DNA from: Octopus sinensis
Lineage: Eukaryota
Direction: 5' to 3'
Length of the DNA stretch: 64,000 nucleotides
NCBI RefSeq assembly: GCF_006345805.1
Contig: NW_021824845.1
Location: 1-64,000 of the forward strand
A model generated the notes under the pieces. It ran no database searches and was not told the DNA's origin. It worked only from the letters and a program-made list of their open reading frames with translations. Made by a program: the position numbers and the translations under genes. Below, piece by piece: positions 1 through 12,506 of this stretch (the first letter of the stretch is position 1; every line of letters starts with the position of its first letter).

Positions 1-326
1 CCCCAAGAATGGCAGAAATTCAGAAGATAGTGCTCATGGGAACTGCTCATATCCTACGTAGAATATTGTCTATGTAATCTCAAATTTAAAAACAAACACA
101 TAATTTTTCTTATGGTTTCTTAAACATTCTCTAGAACAACACTATGTACAAAACGAAATATATTACACCCTAGGCATAACACCAACATGAAATTCTAACT
201 TGTTGTCTCTTGAGGTCTCTGGGTGAGACTTGAAGCCAACTTGTACAAATGCAAAGCAAAAGTCAAACATAATAATAATGAGAATAATAATAATAAATAA
301 ATAATCAGAATAATAATGAGAATAAT
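1..326 (+). mobile_element. 3' end of R4/Dong-like (REL endonuclease) non-LTR retrotransposon with (AAT)n tail
   Basis: 3-77 reads PRMAEIQKIVLMGTAHILRRILSM*, resembling the QKxxLxGTAxILRxxL C-terminus of R4/Dong ORFs. A 3' UTR follows, then an imperfect (AAT)n tail at ~270-326. Confidence 0.7.
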
Positions 327-479
327 GGAGCCGATTTCATGGAATAAACCGTTTAAAAGTAGAAACGAGCACGAGTGCTGTCCAATGACTGGTAGAGGCA
401 ACGAAGTACGAGAAGAAAAAGCACATATACATAGAAATGTGTTGGTCTGTATATATGTGTGTGTTAATATAAGTACACA

Positions 480-600
480 TGTAAATACATATACATACAC
501 ACACACATATGTATATACATATATATATATATATATATACATATAAATATACATACATACATATATATATTTATATATATACATACACATATATATATAC

Positions 601-631
<31 letters not shown>

Positions 632-1095
632 CATATATATATATATATACATACATATATATATATATACATACATATATATATATACATACATAAATAT
701 ATATATATACATACATACATATTTATACATACTTATATATATATACATACATATATATATATACATACATACATATATACATACATACATATATACATAC
801 ATACATACATATATATATACATACATATATATATGTATATATATACATATATATATATACATATATATACATACATATATATATGCATACATATCTATAT
901 GCATACATATATATATGCATACATATATATATACATACATATATATATGCACATATATATATATACATACATACATATATATATACACATATATATATAC
1001 ATATATATATATACACATATATATATACACACATATATATATACACACATATATATACAGATATATATTTATACACATATATATATATATATATA
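480..1095. repeat. Imperfect (TA)n/(TACA)n microsatellite array
   Basis: Directly visible. It accounts for the YIYI-type ORFs here. Confidence 0.95.
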
Positions 1096-2064
1096 TAATA
1101 ATAAGAGTAAATAATTTCTATAAAGGCTTTTAAAAAAACCCCAATTATTTACTGGTAGAATTCGGTATGTAAATATAGCCGATTACCGGCAGGAACTTCT
1201 GTAAAGTTCTGTATATATATTGTATATAAGAAAAAGGGACAGGCAACAGGTTGCTTGACCGCATACCGAAAAAAATAGAAATAGCAGTCAAGAATGCTTA
1301 TTTCTATCAAAGTTGGACTCCGGGCACGACAAACCCTGTAATTCACATATGCAAAATAGAAGGAATAGATAACGAAAACGAAGTCTGGTGGTTATCTGTG
1401 AACATCATGTTTCTGGATTATAAACATATTGAATATATATTTCATATATATTTTTGATATATATTTCATATACATTGCATATATATTTCACATCCTTCTT
1501 CAGCACAGCTTTCCATTGAAAAAGATTTATCATAGATTTATCAAATGCTACGTACCTCAAACCTTCTGACCATGCGACATCAAAATATTTGAAGAAAGTG
1601 AGCAAAAGCTAAACCTACATAGACGTTTGAATTCGTAAATCTTCCCTCCAAAATTTTGCCATGCGCATTACAAAAGTAGTTCCATATGATTAGGAACTAT
1701 TGGGTTGTCATAAGGGAGTGAAAAATCCAAATAGTAATATAATAATAAGAGTAAATAATTTCTATAAAGGCTTTTAAAAAAAACCCAATTATTTACTGGT
1801 AGAATTCGGTATGTAAATATAGCCGATTACCGGCAGGAACTTCTGTAAAGTTCAGTATATATATTGTATATAAGAAAAAGGGACAGGCAACAGGTTGCTT
1901 GACCGCATACCGAAAAAAATAGAAATAGCAGTCAAGAATGCTTATTTCTATCAAAGTTGGACTCCGGGCACAACAAACCCTGTAATTCACATATGCAAAA
2001 CAGAAGGAATCGATAACGAAAACGAAGTCTGGTGGTTATCTGTGAACATCATGTTTCTGGATTA
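1096..2064 (+). repeat. 644-bp tandem repeat, 1.5 copies (1096-1739, 1740-2064)
   Basis: TAATAATAAGAGTAAATAATTTCTATAAAGG starts at 1096 and at 1740. ORFs 1149..1346 and 1793..1990 are offset by 644. Confidence 0.95.
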
Positions 2065-2815
2065 TTACAGGGTTTGTCGTGCCCGGAGTCCAACTTTGAT
2101 AGAAATAAGCATTCTTGACTGCTATTTCTATTTTTTTCGGTATGCGGTCAAGCAACCTGTTGCCTGTCCCTTTTTCTTATATACAATATATATACTGAAC
2201 TTTACAGAAGTTCCTGCCGGTAATCGGCTATATTTACATACCGAATTCTACCAGTAAATAATTGGGGTTTTTTTAAAGCCTTTATAGAAATTATTTACTC
2301 TTATTATTATATACTATTTGGATTTTTCACTCCCTTATGACAACCCAATAGTTCCTAATCATATGGAACTACTTTTGTAATGCGCATGGCAAAATTTTGG
2401 AGGGAAGATTTACGAATTCAAACGTCTATGTAGGTTTAGCTTTTGCTCACTTTCTTCAAATATTTTGATGTCGCATGGTCAGAAGGTTTGGGTACGTAGC
2501 ATTTGATAAATCTATGATAAATCTTTTTCAATGGAAAGCTGTGCTGAAGAAGGATGTGAAATATATTGCAATGTATATGAAATATATATCAAAAATATAT
2601 ATGAAATATATATTCAATATGTTTATAATCCAGAAACATGATGTTCACAGATAACCACCAGACTTCGTTTTCGTTATCTATTCCTTCTGTTTTGCATATG
2701 TGAATTACAGGGTTTGTCGTGCCCGGAGTCCAACTTTGATAGAAATAAGCATTCTTGACTGCTATTTCTATTTTTTTCGGTATGCGGTCAAGCAACCTGT
2801 TGCCTGTCCCTTTTT

Positions 2816-2824
<9 letters not shown>
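2065..2824 (-). repeat. Inverted copy of 1223-1985 (fold-back arm, ~760 bp, spacer 1986-2064)
   Basis: TTACAGGGTTTGTCGTGCCCGGAGTCC at 2065 is the reverse complement of the motif ending at 1985. The match runs to GTCCCTTTTTCTTATATA at ~2824. ORF 2589..2795(-) matches 1251..1457(+) except I/T. Confidence 0.95.
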
Positions 2825-2848
<24 letters not shown>

Positions 2849-2850
<2 letters not shown>

Positions 2851-3270
2851 GACTTTGTGATGTTGGTGTCATGTCATGACATGCGTGTGACTTGGATTAT
2901 AGTGAGGGTGACTTGCGCAGGATCAGCCTCACTCTCTCGTCCTGGTGCGCCGGATCCAGTGGCAAGACAAAGTCAAGACGGCTGGGGGTAGACCAGGATG
3001 CAGGAGCTGCCGGAAGGTGGCATGCATGGCGCAATCCAACCGCCTTAGGGGCTCCACTCCGGATTTACGTAGGTTTTTGGATGGCCATTGACTCATGAGA
3101 GAGTTCCTCTGCCCTTTGACAGGTTTTGTTTTTAGTCCTGCTGGGTGTCCAAATCACCCTCCTCACCAAGAAATCTTGGTGGGGTTGCCAGTTTATTCGC
3201 CAACGACCCGACCATGTAACAGGTTGTACTAGATTATATGTTACCAGTAGCTCCAAGCGGAGACCTGACA
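2849..3270 (-). mobile_element. Retroelement 5' region, same family as the 5' end of 10378-10922 (RTE-like)
   Basis: 3075-3270 aligns by eye with 10730-10922 (GGATGGCC.TTGACTC..GAGTTCCTC, CACCCTCCTCACCAAG, ACGACCCGACCATG.AACAGGTTGTACT). Flanked by (TA)n. Confidence 0.6.
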
Positions 3271-3474
3271 TAATATATATACATATATATATATATACAC
3301 ATATATATATACATATATACATATATATACATGCATATATATATACATATATACATATACATATATATATATACATATATACACATATATATATACATAT
3401 ATACATACATACACATACATACACATACATACTACACATACATATACATAATACACACACACACACATATATAC

Positions 3475-3545
<71 letters not shown>

Positions 3546-3770
3546 CAAAAATGCTAGTTCTAAAACCTCGCTATTTATATAGACATATACACTCACACAT
3601 ATATTGCATGTATAATTCGATAAATTTAATACATCAAGGTTTTTTTTACTCAATACAGGAAAAGCAAAAGTGATAACACGATTAAAGGGTTCGCTTTGTA
3701 CTTCATGTACACAATATACATACACTCACATACGCACCCCCCCCCCCACGACCACACACATCTGCATATG

Positions 3771-3809
<39 letters not shown>

Positions 3810-4089
3810 ATACACACCATTGTGAGTGTTTGTGTGTGTATCGAAATCGAATCGGCCTCTTTCAAACAACATTTTCTCTATTGTCGATTTTTGATTTGCC
3901 GGGAGGAGGTATTTCTGAGTTCGTGTTTGTATGTGAAGAGAGAGAGAGAGATGGGTGGGTGGGGAGGTGTGTGTACCATAACAAAGTAAAACAAACGGAC
4001 CAAACATCCCATAATATATTTACAGTTGTCTCCCTTTATCTATTTATCTTTCCTTAATTGTGTATGTACATATTTAATGGAGAAAGAGT

Positions 4090-4583
4090 AAAATATGGCT
4101 GGCCATATCCCCCCCCTCTCTCTCTCTCTCTATCTATCTCACTCCTTGTCGTCCCTTTCTCACTCTCTCTTTATCTCCTTCTCTCTACATCCATACTCAC
4201 AAAACAGTCAGCCTCTCTACCTCTCCCTCTCTTCTCTCTCTCCTTATTTATATATCTATTTAACACTCCCCACTCTCCCTCTCTTTCTGGTTTATATTCT
4301 ATCTTTCTTTCTGACTGTGCATCGATCCTCTTCTTCCAGCCTCTCCCTGCCCCTTCTCTCCCTCTTTCGCTCTCTCTCCCTCTCTACCTCTCCGTCCCTT
4401 CGTCCCCATCCACTCTCCTACTCTCTCATCAATTTCTTCTCTTTGATCACATTCATGAATTTCACACCAGCAAACATGACGCAATACCACCCCAACCATA
4501 AACATACACACATACAAACACACACACACAAACACTCACACGAATCCATAAACACACTCACACACACGCCCACTCATACACAT

Positions 4584-4615
<32 letters not shown>

Positions 4616-4980
4616 ACTGACTCGCACATGCGCCTGTACACATACACTCACACATACAAACACACATTCACTATCTCATACACACGCATACGTGAACAAA
4701 TACGCATATACACTCACAGTCTCTCTCACACGCACACATGCAAGACAAACATTACACACATATACGTACACAAACAAACATGCTCTAACACACACGTTTT
4801 CTCTCTCTCTCACACACACACATCCATATAACAAGACTCCTCCCCCATACACACACATATATACAATATACATAGAATCACACAACACTCCACGCATAAA
4901 CACACACACATGTGCACATACACTCCCACACATATACTTACACACATACACGCATTCAGAATTCCTCACACATATATGAG
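4090..4980. repeat. Degenerate (CT)n then (CA)n low-complexity tract
   Basis: Directly visible composition. Confidence 0.9.
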
Positions 4981-5514
4981 AAAACGCGCGCGCATTTCTC
5001 TCTCCTAGCTGTTCACTTTTATTATTTATTTTTGTTAAATTTCATTCCTCTTTCTTCATTTTTGAAATATGTTCCCCACTTATTATTCAATTTACGGTTT
5101 TTTCTGTCCATCCCCTCCTCCCTCCTCCCTCCCCTTCCCCCCACCGCTGTTATTAATCTTTATTCGCTTCTCAGTTCCTCTCTTCTCTGTTCGCCACAAA
5201 ACAATATGTCTTCACAAACTCAAACTTTTGGTGAATTTCATTGATTCCATTAGTTGCCAAGTTTAACACCTGAGTCTAACTCAATTCGTGTTAATTCGAT
5301 GGCGTCGGGGAAGAGAAACGGCAACCGTTTTATATATATATGTATATATATATATATTATATATATATATATATACATGCTTATTTAGATAGATAGATAG
5401 ATAGATAGATAGATATAAAAACATCTGTACGTATACACAAACACATATGTATGTACGTGTGTTTGTGCACATATACACACACACATATATATATATGTAC
5501 GTATATGTTTCTTT

Positions 5515-5880
5515 TACTTTTTTCAGTCTCTAGAATGTGGCCATGCTGGGGCACCACCTTGAAGGAATTTACTTAGTTTTTTTGTGGAGGGTTATTTTTA
5601 AGCCTGGTTCTTAGCGTATCGGCCTCTTAAGGCGAACCGCTAAGTTACAGGGACGTAAATACATCAACACTTGTTATCAAGAGGTCGGGGACAAATAGAG
5701 ACACAAGCACACTCACACATATGTACATACATTCCGTCTACCAAATCCAATCACAAGGCTTAGATCGGCACGAGCCTGTAGAAGAAGACACTCGCCCAAG
5801 GTGCGGCGCAGTGGGACTGAACTGAACCCGGTACCATCTGGTTGGGAGTCAAGCTTCTTACCATACTACCACAAGCACAC
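5515..5880 (-). mobile_element. tRNA-derived SINE, family B (CORE-like TTGGGCRAGTGTCT block, CR1-like tail)
   Basis: Minus-strand head ...TGGTAAGAAGCTTGACTCCCAACC...GGTTCAGTTCAGTCCCACTG, CTTGGGCGAGTGTCTTC, and tail GGTGGTGCCCCAGCATGGCCAC. Shared with 22060-23577, 47150-47440 and 52680-53145. Confidence 0.75.
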
Positions 5881-6029
5881 ACACACATATTCTCAGGGTT
5901 CCCTTTTTACCCCTGTTGGACGCCCCCTTCTATCACTAGCATCGTATCATGCATTTATTCACATATATTGTATAGTTTGTTTCTTTATTACCTCATCGTC
6001 CCTCATCTCACTCCCACTCACCCCGAGAG

Positions 6030-6600
6030 CGCTGCTGAAATTGGCACAACGCGGTTACAAAAGACAACACGGCAAGTATGGCAAGAATGATCCATTGGGA
6101 GCGATGTGGAAACCACGGCCTACAAACAGCAAAGACGTCCTATGACTTGCAAAATCCTGTGGGGAACAATGATTCATTGCGGTCACCTGACTAGAAATCG
6201 GAAACCAGACAGTCTTGCAGTGAATAATAAAGAAAGAACTTGTATGATAAGCGACATAGCATGTCCCGTTGACAAAAGGATCAAAGAGAAAGAAGATGGA
6301 AAACCGAACAACTACGACGATTTAAAGTGAGAAATACGAAGGTTGTAGTCAATGAGGAGAGTAGACGTAGTACCAATGGCAATTGGCGCACCTGGAAAGT
6401 ATCAGTACTCAGCTACCAATATGGCTCAAAAGGATTGGTACAAATCAGCATTGCTTGCAGCTGCAAGAATTCTTCGCATGGTTCTTTCATAACCAGTAAA
6501 TAATTGTAAATTAGTCTGCTGGCTGTGGACAGCTGACACTTTCCATCATACCCAGCAAAATAAACAGAGCTTTCACCAACTGATAATAACGATAATAATT
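6030..6600 (+). pseudogene. Degraded 5'-truncated R4/Dong-like LINE: REL (PD-(D/E)xK) endonuclease and 3' end
   Basis: KLAQRGYKRQH, then CKILW..IHCGHLTRNRKPD..V.NKERTCMISDIACPVDKRIKEKE..K...YDDLK (6106..6330), then KSALLAAARILRMVLS* and an (AAT)-like tail. Confidence 0.85.
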
Positions 6601-6604
6601 CTTT

Positions 6605-6960
6605 GTAATATCGGTATGAGACACGGAATTGTAGGGGAAGGCGCTTGTCAATGATATTGACCCGAGTATTTTACTGTTACTATACCTTATTGACTGAAAA
6701 GAAGGAAGATAAAACTGATCTCAACAGAATTTGAACAAACAGCCGGAAGAAATGTTATTACGCATTTTGCCTGACACATTAACAATTCTGCCAGATCACG
6801 GCCTTTAATAGTTTTCATTTTTTGTCACAAGGCCGGCAATTTTAGAGGAACGGGCTTATGTCGATTAGGTTGACCCGCCAGCTCAAAACTGATCCTTATT
6901 TTACTGGCCCCGAAAGAATGACAAGGCGACGTGGGCGGTATTTGAACCAAGAACGTAAAT
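6605..6960 (-). mobile_element. Two degraded family-A tRNA-derived SINEs
   Basis: Head GGCCGTGATCTGGCAGAA and B-box-like GTTCAAATTC/GGTTCAAATAC on the minus strand. Similar to the 8715-9960 copies. Confidence 0.6.
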
Positions 6961-7045
6961 TTGGGTAGAAATGGCGAGTCAGCTATCACAATCAGATTAA
7001 CAACCTTAGGGAGAAAAACAAACGAACACGTGTACACTCACAGAA

Positions 7046-7085
<40 letters not shown>

Positions 7086-7459
7086 ATATATATACATATA
7101 TATACACACAAACATATATATACATACACACAAACATATATATACACACACATACATATATATATACATACACACAAGCATATATACATACACGCACACA
7201 TACACTTGTTACATTAATACACTCATAGATATTCACACGCAAGCCTATATATATATATATATATATATATACATCTACTCAGACAGATGTATGTGTACAC
7301 ATATATACCTATATAGATGCACTCATCCCCCAACTCCAGGCATGGCTACTCACCACCACCGAAATATAAACTGCAAAATTCGTGGCTTAGTGTTGCAGTA
7401 ATTAGCTTTTAGTCTGAATGTAATAAATTGAAAATTAAATGAGTTTAAATAGACAACAG

Positions 7460-8035
7460 CCATAGTCTGGAGAGACATGGAGACTTGGGAGAGGATTTAG
7501 GAGAGATGGAAGGCATATGGAGAGTAAGGTGACATTGGTAGTATGTATGGAGGGTGGTGGAGAAATATAGGGATAGGAGAGTAATAGAAAGATAGGGGGA
7601 ATCCGATGGGGGGAGAAGTAAAGAGAGATATGTATAGAGGAGATTTATAGGAAGAGAGGGTGTGTGAGGGGCGAAATAAGAAGAGAGAGTGAGTTAGGGG
7701 AGAGTGATTGGAGGAGTGGAGAGAAAGGGAGATAATATGTGAGAGAGAAAGAGGGAGAGATGGCGGAAAGAGGGAGAAAGAGTGATAGATAGGAAAGGGG
7801 AAGTCGTAGAGAATTGGAACTCGTGTGGGGAATAGAAGTTAGATGAGAAAGAGAGTGAGAGTAATGGGATAGAGATATAGAGAGTAGGAAGAGAGGGAGA
7901 AATTATGAAAGCGTACAAGAGGGGAAGAGGGCGAAAGAGACAGAAAAAGAGAGAGAGAAAGTGAGTTGTGAGGAGATAGAAAGACAGAAGGAGAGAGACA
8001 GAGGGAGAAAGGGAGGAGGGTGAGAGAGAGAGAGT
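7460..8035. repeat. GA-rich low-complexity tract
   Basis: Directly visible. Confidence 0.85.
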
Positions 8036-8294
8036 AAATTATTTGAAATCAAGAATTATTACAAAATAACAATTACAGAATTATGAAAGGATTCCATATG
8101 AAATAATGGTAGATCTAAAGATATCTCCAGCCACGACTACCACTACAAAAAAAAAAGAATATTAATATAAATGAGGAAGTAATTTTGGTTTAGAACCAAA
8201 CAGAGATTCTCAATGTCGACGCTCGGCCTGCTAGAAATAGCAGGCAAATCTCCAACAAATCTCGGGAACTTCACACAATCATTTAATACTATAA

Positions 8295-8342
<48 letters not shown>

Positions 8343-8699
8343 ATATATATATATATATACATACGTATATATATATACACACACACACATACACAAACGC
8401 CCACACACGCGCGTATGTGCATGTATGTATAGGATTGTGTGATATTTCATACAGTGTATATGAAACACAAAGATATTTGGATTGCTTTATATTGTGTATC
8501 CTTCGGGTTCAATACTATTGTGTGGTACCTAAGGCCAATGCTTCCTTCACTCCAGGGCCAGCCGAACTCGAGAGAGGGAAACTGTACAGAAACACGTTGT
8601 ATATAAATGTGTGATTAGATATATAAGGCTAGCTAACAGAAACTTCGAAGTTACTGTCATCATTTGTAAAAGTAAGATAAATGTGTTTTTCTATTATAC

Positions 8700-9125
8700 G
8701 CACAAATCCCGAAACTTTTAGAGAGAGGGCCAGTCGATTAGATCGACCCCAGTACGCAACTGTTACTTAATTTATCGACTCCGAAAGGGTTGAAGGCAAA
8801 GTCAACCTCGGCGGAATTTGAACTCAGAACGCAAAGACAAACAAAATACCGCTAACAGTTTCGCCCAGCGTGCTAACGTTTCTGCCAGCTCACCGCCTTG
8901 AAAGTAAGATACAATATTCTTTTTTACTCTAGGCACAAGGCCTGAAATTTTGAAGGAGGAGACCAGTTGATTAGATCGCCCCTAGTACGCAACTGGTACT
9001 TAATTTATCGACTCCGAAAGGATGAAAGGCAAAGTCGACCTCGGCGGAATTTGAAGTCAGACAACAGACGAAATACGGCTACGCATTTCGCCCAAGGTGC
9101 TAACGTTTCTACCAGTTCGGCGTCT
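8700..9125 (-). mobile_element. Two tandem family-A tRNA-derived SINEs (8700-8898, 8925-9125)
   Basis: Minus strand GGCGGTGAGCTGGCAGAAACGTTAGC (A box), then GTTCTGAGTTCAAATTCCGCCGAGGT(T/C)GACTTTGCCTT (B box plus body). Confidence 0.85.
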
Positions 9126-9192
9126 TGAAAGTAAGATAACTATTACCATACAAACAGTACTGAGCAATTCTTTATTTTAATGGAAATGTTAT

Positions 9193-9960
9193 AAGGCCGC
9201 GAGTTGGCCGAAACGCTTAACAGTATTTCATCTGCCGCTACATTTTGAGTTCAAATTCCGCCGAGGTCGACTTTGCCTTTCATCCTTTCGGGGTCGATTA
9301 AATAAGTATCAGTTACGCACTGGGGTCGATATAATCGACTTAATTCCTTTCTCTGTCCTTGTTCGTCCTTTCTGTGTTTAGCCCTTTGTGGGTAGTAAAG
9401 AAATAGGTATTTCGTCTGCTGCTACGTTCTGAGTTCAAATTCCACCGAGGTCGACTATGCCTTTCATCCTTTCGGGGTCGATTAAATAAGTACCAGTTAA
9501 ACACTGGGGTTAATAAAATAAGTACAAGTTACACACTGGTGTCGCTTTAATCGACTTAATCCGTTTGCCTGTCCTTGTTTGTCCCCTCTGTGTTTGGTCC
9601 CTTGTGTATAGTAAAGAAATAGGTATTCCGCCCTTCGCTACGTTCTGAATTCAAATTTCACCTTCGTCGACTTTGTTTTTCAACCTTTCTAGCTCGATTA
9701 AATAATTTCCCCAAAATTTAAAGCCTTGTGCTTCCAGTAGAAAGGATTATTATTATTATTAAAGTAGTGAGCTGGTAAAATCGTTATCACGCCGGGCGAC
9801 ATGCTTAGTGTTACATTCTGAATTCAAACTTCGCCGAGGTTCACTTTGCTTTCATCCTTTCGGAATCGTTAAAATTAAATACCAGTGAAACACTGCGGTC
9901 GGTGTAATCCACTCATCCTCTCCCCCAAAATGACTGCCCTTGTGGTAAAATCAGAAACCA
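9193..9960 (+). mobile_element. Four tandem family-A tRNA-derived SINEs (~9193, ~9402, ~9620, ~9760)
   Basis: Repeated GAGTTCAAATTCC(G/A)CCGAGGTCGACT(T/A)TGCCTTTCATCCTTTCGGGGTCGATTAAATAAGTA body, four times. Confidence 0.85.
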
Positions 9961-10377
9961 TTATTATTATCAGTCGATTAATAACCAGCATCAGTATATA
10001 ATTTTTTATCGTTTACTTTTACAACTGCTTCATTTATTCGACAGCTTTGAAGAATTTGAAGGAATTTTCGCCGAATGAGTCGACCAGAATACTTTTACAT
10101 TTTTTCAAAACTTGGACTTTCTCTTTCGGTCTTTTTGGCCGAACCACCAACACACCGGTTGTCAAGCGCTGCAGGGACACAAACACAGGAACAAGGACAC
10201 ACATGTATATTATATACATATATATATACATATATATACACACATATATACACATACACATATACACACACACATATATACATACATATATATATACATG
10301 TACACATATACATATATATACATATATACCTACATATACATATATATATATACATACATATACATATAAACATATAT

Positions 10378-10922
10378 GGTGGCTGCCCCCTCGTTATCGA
10401 GTATGGCCATTGCACGAAACCTAATCAATGTTGTCATCGTGCAATTCCTGTGCAAGAAGATTTGTTTTAAAGTGAGGAAAAGCTGTGCAGAGTCTTCTCA
10501 CTAAGCACCAGCAACCATAATCCGAAAAGAAGAACAAGTCAACATCATCGGTAACCACTGAGCCGCAGGTTTTATGTCGGAGTTATCCCAGTTACCTGAG
10601 TTAACTTCTCCTAGAAGGATGCCCTAACAAAGGCTAGGAGTCCTTCACTCCCAATGGTTTAACCGCGCGATCGGGCATCCAGTCCGATTATTTCTATGTC
10701 CCCGCGCATGATACAGCCTTAAGACATTTATTGGATGGCCGTTGACTCTCAAGAGTTCCTCCGCCCTATGGCGGGTTTTTTTTTTCATCCCGCAGGGTGT
10801 CCAATAAACACCCTCCTCACCAAGCAAGCTTGGTGGGGTTGCCGGTTTAGTCGCCGACGACCCGACCATGCAACAGGTTGTACTGGGTTACATGTTACCC
10901 GTAGCACTCGAAAGTGACCTGA
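10378..10922 (-). mobile_element. Short non-autonomous RTE-like derivative (5'-UTR-like motifs joined to an RTE-type 3' end)
   Basis: Minus strand carries GGACTCCTAGCCTTTGTTAGGGCATCCTTCTAGGAGAAG (recalled as similar to RTE 5'-UTR motifs). It ends TGGCCATACTCGATAACGAGGGGG, like the RTE 3' end TGGTCATCTTCGAACCGAAGGACG at 47935-47958. No ORF. Flanked by (TA)n. Confidence 0.5.
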
Positions 10923-10935
10923 CATATATATATAC

Positions 10936-10968
<33 letters not shown>

Positions 10969-11087
10969 CATATATACATACATATATACATATATATACA
11001 CACATATACATATATATATACACACATATACATATATATACACACATATACATATATATACACACATATACATATATATATACACAC

Positions 11088-11130
<43 letters not shown>

Positions 11131-11719
11131 TACATATATATACACACATATACATACATATATACATATATATATACACATATACTTACATATACATATA
11201 TATATATATATATACATACATATATATATACATATATACATACATATACATATATATATATATACACATACATATATACACATATATATATGGTCGAACG
11301 AATAACAACATACGGTGAATAATTGCGAGCTCAATACACCTGTTTCTTACGTAACCTTTTAATAGAAGAATGAGAATATTACATCATTATAAAAGATCGT
11401 AATCAACGGTTGAGAAGTAATTTTAGAAAACAAAAGAATACTCCAAGAATACAATAGGAATGTGTCTGTCGAGACCAACTGTGAAATGGCAGAATGACCA
11501 ACTATGTTCGCCGTTCCTGAAAGCGACTCGGGTGAGAAATGAATCTGCTAGACTAGTTCTTAGGTAGACTGGAGTGAGGTGTAGGTGATATTTCATTATA
11601 GTAGGCTCAGACGAGTTGGTAACAAGGAGAGATCCTAATATAAATTAGGGATGAAGAATTTATTTTTATCTTTATTCTTTCTGTCTTTATCCTTTAATAA
11701 TCGTTACCAAGTCGAGTAA

Positions 11720-11875
11720 AAAGCCTTGCAGCATTTAGTTCGCCTTTATGTCTTCAAAAACTGCCGAGGTCGACTTTGCCTTTCATCCTTTCGAACTGGA
11801 TAAAAAAAAATACCAATTGAACTCTTATCCGCTCCCCTGAAATTACTGGCCTTAAAATTTCAAAATCCGTATTTG
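11720..11875 (+). mobile_element. Family-A SINE fragment
   Basis: CCGAGGTCGACTTTGCCTTTCATCCTTTCG at ~11764. Confidence 0.7.
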
Positions 11876-12381
11876 CTGGAATTTGTTCAAAAGTAATCCT
11901 GCAGTTTTTTAGTATAACTCCGCATAAAAGCAAGTGAATGTTACTTCTACGAAGAGATTGCCTTGATGGCTGCATTTTTTGTCAGGTGCATTATGGGATA
12001 TTGTCTATCATGCATGACAATAATACTTCGATAGTATATAAAGGCCTTCGTTGCAGTTCATCTGTCACTTTCCGTCACTAACTGCTATAGTGGTTACACA
12101 GAACATCGTCTTTTGGTCACTGCCTGAATTAGGTTGTTTGCCACAGAAACCAATGTCTGTCGAAGAAAAGAGTTGTGGCATAGGCATACATATGACGTCT
12201 TCACGTTGTGTATAATTTGGACTTTTTTTCATTCACTTTTGACGTACATCATGGCTACGAGTAACTTATAACTTTTTGCAGATGGTCATTGAGCACTTTC
12301 GTTTTGATGCGCCGAGATGTACACGTGCTTCTCATTGGCATACACTCACTCACAATAGACATATATGCAGACACTACAGGC

Positions 12382-12430
<49 letters not shown>

Positions 12431-12475
12431 GTGAGTGTGTGTGTGTAAGTGTGGGTGTGTGGTTGTATATATATG

Positions 12476-12506
<31 letters not shown>

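Noticed and set aside
1096-2064. Repeats considered as a CRISPR-like array
   Set aside because: Long eukaryotic tandem units without a repeat-spacer pattern or cas genes.
3640-3720. Polypyrimidine + CAG acceptor-like site followed by a short open frame
   Set aside because: No convincing donor or recognisable peptide.
11320-11400. Minus-strand GAAAC-AGGT-GTA preceded by a possible stem (hammerhead half)
   Set aside because: CUGANGA is absent (ATGATGT) and helix I does not form.
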